In this document: one piece after another, positions 1 to 12,692 of the stretch
Layout: the number at the start of each line of letters is the position of its first letter
Position numbering within the stretch: position 1 is the stretch's first letter
Source: Callorhinchus milii
Lineage: Eukaryota
NCBI RefSeq assembly: GCF_018977255.1
Contig: NW_024704743.1
Span: 103,108,001-103,172,000, forward strand
Length of the DNA stretch: 64,000 nucleotides
Direction: 5' to 3'
Notes under the pieces: generated by a model
Told to the model about the DNA's origin: nothing
The model's input: only the letters and a program-made list of their open reading frames with translations
Databases searched by the model: none
Translations under genes and position numbers: made by a program

Positions 1-215
1 TAAGTTTAAGGCACTGCCCTCATAATGAATCTCTCTACCAAGGCACTATCTAATTTGTCAATACCTTTCATTATTTTTAAATACCTCAATCAAATCAACC
101 CATAACATTCCCTGCTCTAAGGAATGTAACCCCAGTCTAGCCAGCCTCTTATCATAGCTCAGTCCTTTTAGCTAGTGCATCCTTCCCGAGAATAGGTGCT
201 CCAAACTGAACACAG
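1..215 (-). mobile_element. CR1 LINE ORF2 C-terminal fragment, degraded, runs off the window
   Basis: Minus strand reads CVQFGAP...KGLSYDKRLARLGLHSLEQ..DLIEVFK, the same region as the CR1 copies at 13.5-13.9 kb and 20.0-20.6 kb. Confidence 0.8.
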
Positions 216-244
216 TGGTCCAGGTATTCTTTTTGTTACTTTAC

Positions 245-712
245 CACATTTCCCCCACTCTCGGTCAACTCCACTGGCTCCCTGTCCTTCAGAGGATCCA
301 GTTCAAGATCCTGGTCCTCACATACAAAGCCCTCCATGGCCTCGCCCCACCCTACCTCTGCGACCTCCTAACCCCCTACCAACCCGCCCGTTCCCTCCGC
401 TCAGCCGGCTCTGGCCTGCTCCACGTCCCCTGATCCACCATTGGCGGGAGAGCTTTCAGCCACTCTGCCCCCAACCTCTGGAATTCCATCCCCCAGTCAC
501 TCCACCTCGCCCCCTCCTTAGCCTCCTTCAAGTTCCGCCTAAAGACCCTCCTCTTCGACCATGCCATCGGCCACCCCCTTCCCCTCCCCTCCCTTACCCC
601 CCCAAACCCAGCTCGGGTCTGAAATGCTGTATTCTGTCCAGCGCCTTGGGACGTCCTCCCGACGTGAAAGGAGCCATACCAATGTAATCTTCTTGTTGGT
701 GTGGTTGTTATT
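245..712 (+). mobile_element. L2 LINE 3' end (family L2-B), 5'-truncated
   Basis: HISPTLGQLHWLPVLQRIQFKILVLTYKALHGLAPPYL is the L2 ORF2 C-terminus. C-rich 3'UTR, terminal hairpin gcgccttgggacgtcctcccgacgtgaaagg and a degraded TTG tail. Closely similar to 26708-27304. Confidence 0.92.
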
Positions 713-1050
713 CATTTCTCAAAGAGAAAAGTTAGTATTCAAATTCACATATGTAATTGAAATAGAATAATATGTCTCTATCTATCATGTAATATGCCAG
801 TAATTTCAAAAGGAATATCAACAACTTACTATGAAAATTATCTTTCTACAATCTTGTCATATTTATTCATTACACATACAAGTTAGATGGTTTAAAATAT
901 ATGCCTTGGTGAAATGGAGAGAAAAAAGACCTAATGAAAATTATTTTATTTTTCCATGAACAATTCAGACACAGGCATTTGTATGGAAATGTAGCACATG
1001 CTTTGAACAATGGCAATTACTTTAAGAACAAAACTTGTTACAAGTTTATA

Positions 1051-1310
1051 TAATAATAATAACCCTTGCATTTGATATAGCACCTTATCACATCTTCTAG
1101 ACATCTCAAAGCACTTCACAGAATATAATGTAAGTGAATTGACTGTATTGCGCATAGCAGTGTCCCACAGACAGTGGGGGATTGAGTGATCATTTAAAAA
1201 AAATTTTTTAAATGATTACTACTCCCGAAAAGCGATCTGGCAATCAACTAACAACCAGGCTCTTATTTAGTGCTAGTAAACAGAGGCCTGTTGAGTAAGG
1301 AAACTTGACT
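1051..1310 (-). mobile_element. SINE family A, long variant, degraded and headless
   Basis: (TAA)n ccttgcatttgatatag tail plus the segment gtaaacagaggc...gagtaaggaaacttg match the reverse complement of 8547-8923. Confidence 0.8.
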
Positions 1311-2120
1311 AATATGAATTCCAAGTGTCTAAATAAAGAACTGTCCACATCAAGGGCAAAACACTTTTATTGTACAAATTCGGTCTGTTGAGTGTTAATT
1401 CAAATATTATGCATAGAACTTTAATTTACATGTATTTTCTCCAGGATTGTTCTATTGGGGAACAGTCCATTGTTCTTTAATGAAACGTTTATGTTTGTTT
1501 CACTTTCCATTAATTAAAATAATGGATAATATGTATTCCAAAAATGTTAGATGTAGCAAACAGAATACATCGTACTACAGTTTGGCAGATTTCAGCTTCA
1601 GTTAGTGGAAGGGTTGAATGCATTCTGTTTATCATTGAGAACATGTAGACAGGCTGTGCTGAGCTGTAATTATGAGCTTCTCAGCGAATGTACTGAGTTG
1701 TTGATGGAACAATGTATCACAAAATTGGTTTGGACAAAGAAGGCCCTTTAGCCCATTTTATCTCTAATATATAATATTATATAATATCTAATCTACCAAT
1801 ACAGTATTGAGCTGTTTTTCAAATGAGTCCAATGTTCTTAATCATCCTTCCTTATAACTAGCTCCAGTTGTTAATTACCCTATGGGTAAAATAAATATTT
1901 CCTGGTATCTGTCCTCAAATTGCCCTTTGTAAATCTAATCCGACCCAAAGTGTTCCACAGACTGGAACATCAGTCTCAATCCTTAACATTAATCAGGTAC
2001 GTTTGAAAAAATTCATTTACAAATTACAACACATTAATCACGAAAAAGATAATTAGCCAAGAGACATCATATTAGGAAACTCTCATTGCAATTAAGCATG
2101 CTGAAAGAATGGTTCATCAA

Positions 2121-2900
2121 CAATAATTTCTATTTATGCAGTACACTCTACATAGAGTAAACCTTAAATCACTTTACAGTCAGTGCCCAATGGTAGTGAC
2201 TATAGACAAGTCCAAGAGTTAGATTTTTGAAGATAAAACAGGTACAGAAATGGAGATGGAGGGGTAAGGAATGGAGTTTCAGAGGGAGGGGCCATAATCT
2301 CTGAAGACTTGCCTGCCGATGGTAGGGCAGAGTGGGCAGCTAACATGTAGCAGGCTCGAGTTTGCCAAAGACAGGGTGCAAACAGGATTAAGGCTGAAAA
2401 AAATCTCAGAGCTAGGAAGAGATGAGAGTGAATGCATAAAGTGATTTGTAGGGGTTGGTGAGGATGCTCAAATCCATCTGCTGGAAGACAGGTTAGCCCG
2501 GTGACGATGGGCATGCAGAGTTTCATGTGGTTAAAGATGTGGGTGGTGGTATTTTGTATGAGCTGGAGGTTATGGAAGGCGGGATTGAGAGAGACCTGGA
2601 AGGATGCCTGAGAGGAGGCATTTGAAACTCAAAATCCAGAGGTGAATGAGTATAAAATATGAATGAGGCCATCAACTGCATTGGGCTTCAGATAGGGACT
2701 ATGACAGGTGATGTGGTGAAAATGCAGAAAGGCAGTCTTAATCAGGAATCAATAATGAGGGAATAAAGATTTTTGAAGTTGAACCAAATGTCAAGATTGC
2801 ACACTGGTTCAGTGAGTTGGAGCAAGAGACCAGGAAGCTGGAAAAAAATCAGAGCAATAAGATGTTGGAAGAGTTGAATAAGATGGCCTCCCTCATGTTC
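2121..2900 (-). mobile_element. Old, highly degraded L2 3' region
   Basis: Purine-rich plus strand with L2-like motifs (ggagtttcagagggagggg, cctgccgatggtagggc, gagctggaggttatggaagg) collinear with 24460-24900. Confidence 0.6.
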
Positions 2901-3349
2901 AGATATAAACATCAGCATTTCCTGGAGCTTTATGAATAGGCTATTGAGATTTTCAAAGGCTTTTGTAAAGGTACTGCACTGAATGATTGATTAATAGATA
3001 CCACAACACACCAGACCTCAAGGGCAGCTCACTTGTGTTGGAGCTTTTGAAAACAGCAACATTTATATTTGAAGGAATAAAGACACAATATTAAATTCTA
3101 TAGTTGGACAAATTAATGAGGAAATATGAGGAAAGTTAATTATAAAATGCTTGTAAATTTTTCTCTCTGTGTGATCACAAACAGATCTGCTTCAAGTTGG
3201 TTTGTAATCAAACACAATTGAAAATGTATTTTATCAGGTTGTTGAGACATCTCAAGGCACTTTACAGGATTGACTGTAAAGTGTTGTGACCATGTGTATT
3301 TTGTGGGTGACAAAACAATAAAGTCAATACAATTAAGAATTAGGTGTCA

Positions 3350-3765
3350 CCCTGGCTCAATGTGCAGTCCTCTTGATTACGAGTCAGAAATTTTTGGGTA
3401 CACACCCAATAATGTGTGAACACATAAGCTAAGAAGATACTCCAGTGCTGTTCTGGGGTATGCCTTATTGCCGGAGGTGCTGTACTTCATTAAACTAATG
3501 TCCTCTGTGCTGTTCCGGTGGAAATTAAAGATCCCATGGCACCATTTGAAAGAGAAGGGTGTTTTTTCCAGTGTCCTAACCAACAATCCCTGAGATAAAT
3601 TGGCCATTCACCTCATGACTGGATGAGGAATATTGTTGCGCCCAAATTGGCTGCTATGTTCACCGACAAAATACAGTCACTAAATTTAAAGTAAACTCTG
3701 TGAAGCACTTTGATGCCCTCCCAATGAGAAACGTTCTATTAAAGGATGCAAGGATTATTATTATC
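3350..3765 (+). mobile_element. SINE family S (SacSINE1/DeuSINE-like), degraded full-length copy
   Basis: cctggctca head, ttaaagatcccatggcaccatttgaaagagaaggg central motif, caaattggctgct and a gcaaggattattatt tail. Confidence 0.8.
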
Positions 3766-5850
3766 TTCTCTTCATATTTGCTTATATTTTCGCTGTATAC
3801 GAAGAGAGAATAGTGTTCACAACAGCAACTGTACAGCATGTAGTGTGAACCACTGGGCACAGAGAATGGGGTGGACAGGATGGAGAATGGGTTGGAAATT
3901 AGAAGAAGGACTGAGGTAAACATATGTGGCTAATTGTGCCCAGAAGCAGGTGGAGGAAAAATTAAAGAGAAATCATTATCATTTTGTATTTTCAATACAA
4001 AATTTATTTTCTTGTAAAGTGTTCCAGTCACTAATTAATCTGAAGCATGTGCCTTTTTTGTTCTGCTATCTTGATACATCCAAAATAATTATTCAAGGTT
4101 TATTTTCTCAATCCAATTTAAAATATTGTATGCTTCTGAATGTCTTCTGTGAGACATATCATTTCAGGAATGAACAGCCCCAGCTTGTATTTCCTATTTT
4201 TATTTTACATGAGCAGTACCTTTCATTTAATCTATTTTTATTAAACATTACACATTTTGCCCTCAAAATATACAGTCAATTCACTTTACAGTATATTCTG
4301 TGATGTGCTTTGAGGTGTCTCGAAGACTTGACAAAGGGCTATATCAAATGTAAGGATTATTATCATTATTTTATAAATAGTTTTATTTTCTCCCCAACCA
4401 TTGGCATGAGATTCACACTGACATTTCTCCAGGTAGCTGCAAAATGTTTTCAAAAATCCATTTACAGGCAGGAGTCTTTTAAGTGAACTTTTTTGTTTGT
4501 TACTTGACGTCTTCCATTATCCTTGCCCTCCCTCTCCCTGGAGATTAATTCTTCTTTGCTCTGTGTTCTCTTGTGTCTGTTTTTACAGAGCAATCATCCA
4601 AATGCTGTACTGGAGAAAAGATTAAATTCTTTCATCACTGCCAACTGCTCTCAGTCATTGTCCTATTCCCGCTAAACATTTCCTGCTCAAAATCGGTCAG
4701 GTATAAATGATTGTGCAGCCAAACAGTACAAGAAATGTATCAAAAGCTATGTAATGAGATTAGCTAGGATTCTTGAAACTGGAATATTTTTACAGTTTTC
4801 CAAATAAAAGAAATATCCCAGGGGGAATACTCCATCAAGGCTAACTTTGCCTTTTCCGTTTCTCTCTCCCTATCCCCGGCACACAAATTAGTGCTTGGTA
4901 AAGTTGCAAACTGACATGTTTGTAGGGTATTAGTTCTAAATATTCCCTGCATTTGATATAACGCTTTATCACATTATCGAAACCTCTCAAAGCACTTCAC
5001 ATGACTTACTGTGAAGTGCAGTGCATTTTGTAGGCAAATGCAGCAGCCAATTTGTGTACAGCAATGACCTGCAAACAGCCATAAAGTGAATGACCAAATT
5101 ATGACATGGAAATCTGTAAAGTACTCCTTCAGAAAAGCTGCTTTTATGTCTCAAACACTTTTGTCTGGCGGTCAAGAAGCAGATATGCCACGAGACTGGC
5201 ATATCTGCCAATTTAAAGCTTTGTACATCAACTAACAGTGATAGGCTTAACAGAGATATAAGAGAATAGGCACAAATTTCAGACAGCAGTTGTAGAATCT
5301 TAAGAAGAGATAGGATAAGTGAGGAGGAGTTCCATTGTTTATAAAGATCTATAAAGTGCACAAAAGGGCAGATGTTTCCTCAGAGGAATATATGTTACAG
5401 CCTTAAAAGACATGGATCTGTGAGAGGAAGGCTATGAAGTTGACAACGGGGAATTGTTTGTGATTTCCAGGATAACATAATTAAAGCCCCTTGAACTCTG
5501 AATAGATTAAGGGATCTCTGAGCAAGGGAACAAACTATGTGGCTTGAATTAGACTGAATTAAAGTGCATAGAAATTAAATTACTTTTAGAAGGAGACAAA
5601 ATTCAGTTTACTTCTGGACTTGAAGAGTAAAAATCACTGTTCAAATAACATTAGGTCTTATCAAAATATAAAGCCTGAGTGAGAAGTTTAAAATCATTGT
5701 CCAACAGTTTAAGTAACGTTGAGTCTCTCATGAAATATCACAAAATTCAACTTACAGTGTGCAACTGAGAACAAGCTTATACAGTTTGTGCAAAGCAACT
5801 GATCGGTATTGAAAAAGGCAGTAGGATCAGAGACTCAATGCTGAAAAATT

Positions 5851-6222
5851 CAATAATAATCCTTACATTTAATATAGTACCTTTCATATCAGGAGAATAT
5901 CTTAAAATGATTAACAGGTTAGTAACTGGTTTAAGTAACTCTTCAACCGTGCCTTCAGCTCCCCTCTCGACTCTCTACCCCCTCCTCGCTCCCTCCTTTC
6001 CCTCCCCTCACCCTGACCATTTCCCCCCTGCTCGGGTCCCGACCCAACTGTCCAGGGCCTTGAGACGTCCTCCCGATGTGAAAAGCGCTCTATACATGCA
6101 ATATTGTTGTTGTTGTTGTTGTAAGTAATCTTTTTCGGGCATTTAAAAGTAATGACTGTGTAAGGCAGTGCATCAGCCAATTTACATACAGCAATGTCGC
6201 GTGAAGTGAATGACCAATTTTA
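5851..6222 (-). mobile_element. Degraded SINE 3' half interrupted by an L2 end
   Basis: aataataatccttacattt tail at 5852; the Deu-like part (cagccaatttacatacagcaatgtc) resumes after 6128. Confidence 0.7.
5939..6121 (+). mobile_element. L2-A-like 3'UTR-only insertion
   Basis: Matches 56745-56928 and ends in (GTT)n. Flanked by TSD TAAGTAA (5932-5938 / 6122-6128). Confidence 0.9.
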
Positions 6223-8546
6223 TCATAAAATACACATCCTGCAAGGAATTCCATGCATGTTACACTGGCTCGTGAGAGGTCCAGCCTGATCAGAGACCAC
6301 TGTTGTTAAGATGGTATCCATTTACTGATGGAGAGAGCTGAGAGGCATTGAGCATCATTCACCACAGAGTCCTGAAACGCCTTCTTATTTATGACATAGT
6401 TCACTACAGGGAGACAGTTCTATGGTATAAACAGTTTGTAGGAGATCTGAAGACATCCTTCATTTCATTCCTGAGCAAGCTCTTAATAATTCACTCATGG
6501 CTTCATTACTCATGGGGTATCAGATGTACATGATGTCTGGAATACCTTACATAATATTCAAAATCTCCACAATCTTCTATTATTAATGGCTCTGTTATAC
6601 GCAATAGACGAATGGAAATCAGTCATAAAACAGAGCCAAAGTTGCAGGAGAGAAGTGCTTAAGTTGGGTAGATAATCCTAACATATTTGATTGCTTTAAA
6701 TGGAATTTTTATTTTAAAGTTTTGTTATGAGAGGTGAGGGGTACGATGCAAACGATGCTGACTACACTTTACCTACATGCTCATTCTTTCGTGTAAAGAA
6801 CCAAATTGTGATTGTCAGCAGGATATTGAACCACAGGAGGTATCATAGCTCAAGGATGTCCATGCAATCTCCTCATGCGATGCACATGCCTATATATTCT
6901 CTAATGCATACGCAGATGACCTGGAAGGTGGCAGTTTTAGTAAGAAAGCCAGTTCGGCTGGCTGTGCGCACATGCTATGAATGTGGTCTGCGGTGCAACT
7001 GCAACCAAATTCACGCTAGTGTCATAACCGAACTGCACTGAACTACACAAAACAATCCTTTGCAAATCAATTTCAGTTAGACATAGATGTGGGTTAGTAA
7101 ATGGTTTAAGTCATCTTTTTCAGGTAATTAAAAATGGTATGACCATCACACTGACCTCCTCGAAGCCCTTTAGGCTTCAGTCTGTGAAGCACCTCCCCAT
7201 AAGTCAAAATAAGAATGTTTCTGCCTAGAACCTTATATAGATGAAATTCATCCCACAACTCCTGCTTATAGATAAATAAAATTCCAAATCCCACCTAGTC
7301 TTAGCCTGCAACACCATTTTAGTTTTTTTAAAAAAATAAGTTTGCATGGTCATAATTTGGAAGTCACTTCTTTTCAATAAATTTGTGGATAGCTGAGTCC
7401 TAAAATTCCATCTTGTCTTAACTTGTAAGACCGTTTATGTCAAAATGGAAAAGTTCTTCAATTCAGCTTTCATTTTTAAGCCTGCAGTTCCCAAAAAGAA
7501 AGAGCTTCCAAATTAACAGTAAATTTAAGAATTTACTGCAATCGGGGAACATCACCAGTAATGCAGGTATAAACGAGAATGATAAAGGAATCTGGAGCAG
7601 AAGATAATGTTCTCTACTTTTATAATAGAGATTTTGCTTAAAATTAGAACTATTTGGCATTGAATGTATAACACTGACAAGGGATAAGTTGTTGTGGCAT
7701 CAGAATTTAATGACAATATTTGATTGTGCTGGAAGGTTATATGTACCATGGAGTCAAAAATCAGTTAACTTAATTTACAATGTGATTTAGTATTCGTAAT
7801 TCAATCATAGCAATTCAGATTGACTGGCTGAAGGCTCCATCAAATTGAACTGAGAAAGGTGCTATAGTTAGATGAGCAGGCCAGATTGACCAAATGATGC
7901 ACTGCTGCTTGAAACGTTACTATGATACTGCAAAACTACAGTGGAAGTTTTTATACCACAAGGGTTGGAATACATAAAATCAAGATCCTATAGTACAATA
8001 GCAGGGTATGAGAGCCAATTTCAGAGGTACAACAACAACAACTTGCAGGTACATAGCTGTCCACCTCATTTCCAGCTGTGTTACTTCCTGTTTGATGCAC
8101 AAAGTTGGCAATGTGGTCAGTGACACCCAATGGTCCCAAATTTGCTGCTGTTTTATTTAGTGGAGATGCTACAAACGGCAACTTCTTGGTAAACAGGTCG
8201 TCAGGGTCATTACTTCATGCTTTGCACATGCTCAGCGAACAGGAAGTAAAGTCAGTGATGGCGTAATGAGCCAGAATACTTTAGGGCAAAATCTGGCAGG
8301 CAGGTGGGCCAGCTACATGCAGGTGCACAAAATGGAATCCATACCGCATCCAAGATCAAGTTGTAAAGAAACAGGTCATGACAGGACTGCATGGTATCAT
8401 TTCTTATTTGTTTAGCATGTCACAGGGCATCTCCCAACCATCACCTTAAATGGGTCTTCCGTGCCAATGGCATTATTCTCCATCACTAGGATATTGGGTG
8501 TTTACAGAGCAATGATGAGCTTCTTCATAATTATCTACCAGTTTGT

Positions 8547-8923
8547 GGAGTCCTGTAGTTTTGTGGTTAAGACCACTCACCTCACAAGCGAGAGGACCTA
8601 GGATCAATTCCCAGGCAGGGCGAAACTTTGGGCAAGTTTCCTTACTCCACACGCCTCTGTTTACCTAGCAGTAATTAGGAACCCGGGTGTTAGTCGATTG
8701 GTGGATTGCTTCTCCGGGGGTAATAATGCCTTCAAAAAACTAATAAGAATTTGGTCACTTAATCCATGACTGTTTGTGAGACACTGCTGTGTGCAATTGG
8801 TTGCCAAGTTTATCCCACATGATACAGTCAATTCACTTTACAGTATATTCTGTGAAGCACTTTGAGATATCTAGAAGACATGACAAGGCCCCATATCAAA
8901 TGCAAGCATATTATTATTATTAT
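8547..8923 (+). mobile_element. SINE family A, long variant, full length
   Basis: ggagtcctgtag tRNA-like head, ttgggcaagtttccttactccac, extra ~65-bp segment (8656-8720), Deu-like body and (TTA)n tail. Candidate TSD TACCAGT (8536-8542 / 8924-8930). Confidence 0.92.
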
Positions 8924-9344
8924 TACCAGTCTTTATTTCCTCAGAGGAGCATTGGGAGATATCCATCCGCAGCTGAACATAAGGTGATTTGAACCAGGCC
9001 ACACTGATGTTTGAATGTCTCAACTCTCTGCTGGCCACAACATTCTTACACAAAATATTTATGGATGTTCTGACTCCTGGTACTGGTCAGTATGGGCTGA
9101 CAGCAGAAACCTGGCCCAATTTTGGCAATGAAACAGCAAGACAGAGAGCGATGATGGGTAAAAATCAATCTGTGTGACATGGTACTGGCCCTACTCACTG
9201 TGGCTTCATCTTAGAGGGTTGGGGACAAACCAGCATCTGTACATCTCATTGATGAGTATAAGACTTGGGGAGAATAGTGGGATTTCATGAGGGCACCTTT
9301 TTACTGAAATATTATTTGCCCTTTTCATTGTACTGGTTGACATC

Positions 9345-9830
9345 AGGCTGGCTCAGTGGTAGCAATCTTGCCTCTGAGTCAGAAGGTTGTGGGGTTCAAG
9401 CCACACCCCAGGACTCATATAGTCTAAGCTAACATTCCTTGTGGAGTCCTGTAGCTCAGTGGTTAGAGCACTCACTTTGCAAGCGAGAGACCTGGATTCG
9501 ATTCCCAGCAGGATGAAACCTTGGGCAAGTTTCCTTACTCCACACGCTGATAATAATCCCTCAAGAAAAAAAACAATAATAAATTAGTCACTTCAATCCA
9601 TGACTGTTTGTGGGACACTGCTGTGCGCAATTGGCTGCCGCGTTTCGCCCACAAATATACATTCAATTCACTTTACAGTATATTCTGTGAAGCGCATTGA
9701 GAATCTAGAAGACGTGATAAGGCGCTATATCAAATGCAAGGATTATTATTATTAATTTAGTGCTGTGGATGTGTACTGCATTACTGAAGGTGCTGTCCTT
9801 AAACCAAGGACCCATCTGCCTGTTCAGGTA
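9345..9830 (+). mobile_element. SINE family S 5' part, split by a family A SINE
   Basis: ggctggctcagtggtagcaatcttgcctctgagtcagaaggttgtggggttcaagcc head; the body resumes after 9753 (ctgcattactgaaggtgctgtcc...ttaaaccaagg). Confidence 0.8.
9443..9753 (+). mobile_element. SINE family A, short variant, full length
   Basis: A box TAGCTCAGTGG, TGC anticodon arm, B box GATTCGATTCC, body, TAGAA-loop tail and (TTA)n. Confidence 0.93.
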
Positions 9831-10822
9831 GAATTCAGGCTATTTATTTTTCATTGTTGTAGTATTCAAAATGGTATCAGTTCACTTTCTGCAACATAAA
9901 TCGGGCATTAAAACTCTCCATTCCAGTTTGTCTACAGTACACATCTAATAAATTATCTTTTAAAGTATGCTTTCAACTTTCAATCCACCTTGTTGCCCAA
10001 GATTGTATCAGAAAAAAAGGCCATTTGAGCACAGACATTGCTGTGCATAAATTAGATGTTTATCAATCTACAGCAAACATACACAAATAATAAATATTAA
10101 AAATTATCCTTGGATTTGGTGTAGCTCCTTTCACATCAGGGGGATGTCTCATAGCACAGGATTTACCATAATGTTTAGTGACTGTGTTTGCAGCCCAATT
10201 TACTTTGTAATAAATACTGTGAAGGAGTTTGAAACATGGTCCTGAGGTGAAAGGTGTTGTATCAAATGCAGGACTATTGTAAGTGGACTGGGAGCAGATC
10301 ACTTGCTGACCTTGGTAAATGTGGAGTCAATGTATGGTTGAGGAGCAGCACAAGAAGAGGATCCAAGAAGTACAAATACAACTAAAAATACTGGCTGGCA
10401 ATTTATGATTTCCAATACGGCTTTTGTCTCCAAAACATTTAGTTACAATGTTTTATGTATAGACTCTCTCCAAAACTTTTATGGTTAAAGTGGTAACCAG
10501 TTGTTTCACAAGGCATGGGATTATTTACTTATAAGTTCACCAGTTAATCTAATATCATGCTGTTTAAATATTTATGGTAGTGGTTTTATACTGACAACAA
10601 GCTAACGTGACATGAATGCTCACTCATCTTCATAGCAGTGTTTTGCAGTAGAGTAACACACTTTGTTGTATGTCCACCTATCTCTTTTCACACAATGCTA
10701 AACACAGCAGAGTGCAATCTTGAGTTGTTGTAATTGTTTTGTGAAATCCATTTCATTTGATTCTTTGGGGTCTAACAGTGGAGCCTGCTATGATAATAGT
10801 AACAATCCTTGCATTTGATATA

Positions 10823-10947
10823 ACAACAACAACAACAACAAGATTCCATTTATAAAGCGCCTTTCACGTCAGGAGGACGTCCCAAGGCGCTGCACAGTTG
10901 GGTCATGACCCGAGCAGGGGGGAAATGGTCAGGGGGAGGGGAGGGAG

Positions 10948-10948
<1 letters not shown>
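10823..10948 (-). mobile_element. L2-A extreme 3' end (~125 bp)
   Basis: (CAA)n gattccatttataaagcgcctttcacgtcaggaggacgtccc, identical to the start of 24180-24295. Confidence 0.93.

Positions 10949-10949
<1 letters not shown>

Positions 10950-10978
<29 letters not shown>
10950..10978. repeat. (AT)n microsatellite
   Basis: Pure AT dinucleotide run at the L2 5' junction. Confidence 0.95.
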
Positions 10979-10979
<1 letters not shown>

Positions 10980-11487
10980 CGCCTTATCACATCTTCAAGC
11001 CATCCTAAAGCACTTCACAGAATATAGTGTAAAGTGAATTGACTGTATATTTAGTGGGCGAAACGCATTAGCCAGTTGCACACAACATTGACCCACAAAC
11101 AGTCATGGATTGAGTGACTAAATTATTTGTATTTATTTTGAAGGCATTATTAGCCCTGGAAAAGCAATCCACCAAACAACTAATAACCGGGTTCCTACTT
11201 ACTGCTACGTAAACAGAGGTGTGTGTGGTAAGGAAACTTGCCCAATGTTTTGCCCTGCCGGGAACTGAACCCAGCTCCTCTCACTTGCTAGGCGAGTACT
11301 GTAACCACTAAGCTACAGGACTCCGGTTATGCACCATGTGTAAATCATGTGCAAACACTGATTGCAAACAAAATCTATACAGAAGGAATTACAGGACCTC
11401 TCATTCATGAAATAAACAAGAAACTAACATGATTTATTCATAATAACCAATAAACCATACTTTTCATTTGTTATTCATTATATAACT

Positions 11488-11690
11488 AAATCATAGAATT
11501 ATATAGCACAGGAGTCCATTCGGCTCATCATGTCTGTACCAGCTCTTTGAAAAGAGCTATCCAAATCAATCCCACTTCCCGCACTCTCCCCATAGCCCTG
11601 CAAACTTGTCCTCCCCAAATAATTATCTACTTCTCTCTTAAAAATTGTTATGGAATCAGCTTCCACCATCCTTTTGGGCAATGCATTCTA
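11488..11690 (-). mobile_element. CR1 3' end (~200 bp)
   Basis: PKRMVEADSITIFKREVDNYLGRTSLQGYG followed by a CR1 3'UTR and TTCTATGA-type tail. Same family as 55450-55878. Confidence 0.88.
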
Positions 11691-12692
11691 GTGTACTTCC
11701 CTCATGCATTTATGTGCACATGTTACAAAAGCATGTGTACTTCCCTCATGCATTTAAACATAGTTTATACATGGTATATAATAGCCCCAGTTATTTCAGT
11801 TGAACCTAATAACCAGCATTTACACTGTTCTTACACCATAATATAATAATCATTCATCCACAAAACAATCACTCTACTTCATAGTATAGCTTACAAAGTG
11901 GTTTCCTCCCATCTGACAGGCTCTATATTAATTCAAATGTAATTTATTTTATTATTATTATAATGCCTCTGGATAAATGTGACTTTATGTGGAAGAACTG
12001 AGTGTAAGTAATGTGAAACCCTGCTTTATTAAAACCAATGGCACAATAACGCTCGCAACTTGGTTTTGAAAACATGGCCATTACAAAATAAACCAGAACA
12101 ATGTATTCTTTAAGCAATGTCAGAAACAATTTGTAATTACCAAGGCCACTTTAATGTAGGTATTTACATAAACCAAGTTGAATCCAATCACAAGTTGCAA
12201 ACTGATATGGAATTTGTAACAGCTGAACAAAGGCATCACTTCAAAGACAGTTGGGTGGAAAGTCCACCTGAATCTAGATTTATTCTGAGAATGTAACATT
12301 TCAGAGCATTCAAAATTTGTCAGAAAACTTAAATACAGTTTTTAATTTTGAAACTGTTTTTCTGTAAGTTTCTTTTAAGAACTACAGAAAACAGGCTTCA
12401 AAATTATGACTGAATTTAACAATTTGACAAATTCTATATCCTCTAAAGTGTTAATAGAGGAAATTTAGAACCAAGTGAAATTTTTTCCTATCAGTACCTA
12501 CACAAGTATGCATACATGAGGGAGAAGGTGATAAGGGAAGATTGGAGGGTGATTTTGGATGGGCAGAGACTAGCGTGGTGCATAGTGTTGATTAGTTGGG
12601 ACAAATGCCCTGTTTCTACTCTGTAATGTTCCATGTAATTCTTTATTAAAGATTGAGTTTTGAATGAATAACAGGTGTAAAGATACACCATT

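Larger units (their letters stand above)
10793..11324 (-). mobile_element. SINE family A, long variant, with an L2 end inserted in its tail
   Basis: Ends gctacaggactcc at 11324 and contains the long-variant segment. The tail is split at gatata. Confidence 0.9.

Noticed and set aside
6830..8460. Possible old MITE/DNA-transposon relics (gcgcacatgct-type motifs at ~6.9 and ~8.2 kb; similar at 17.1-17.7 kb)
   Set aside because: I could not define terminal repeats or TSDs by eye, so no feature is called.
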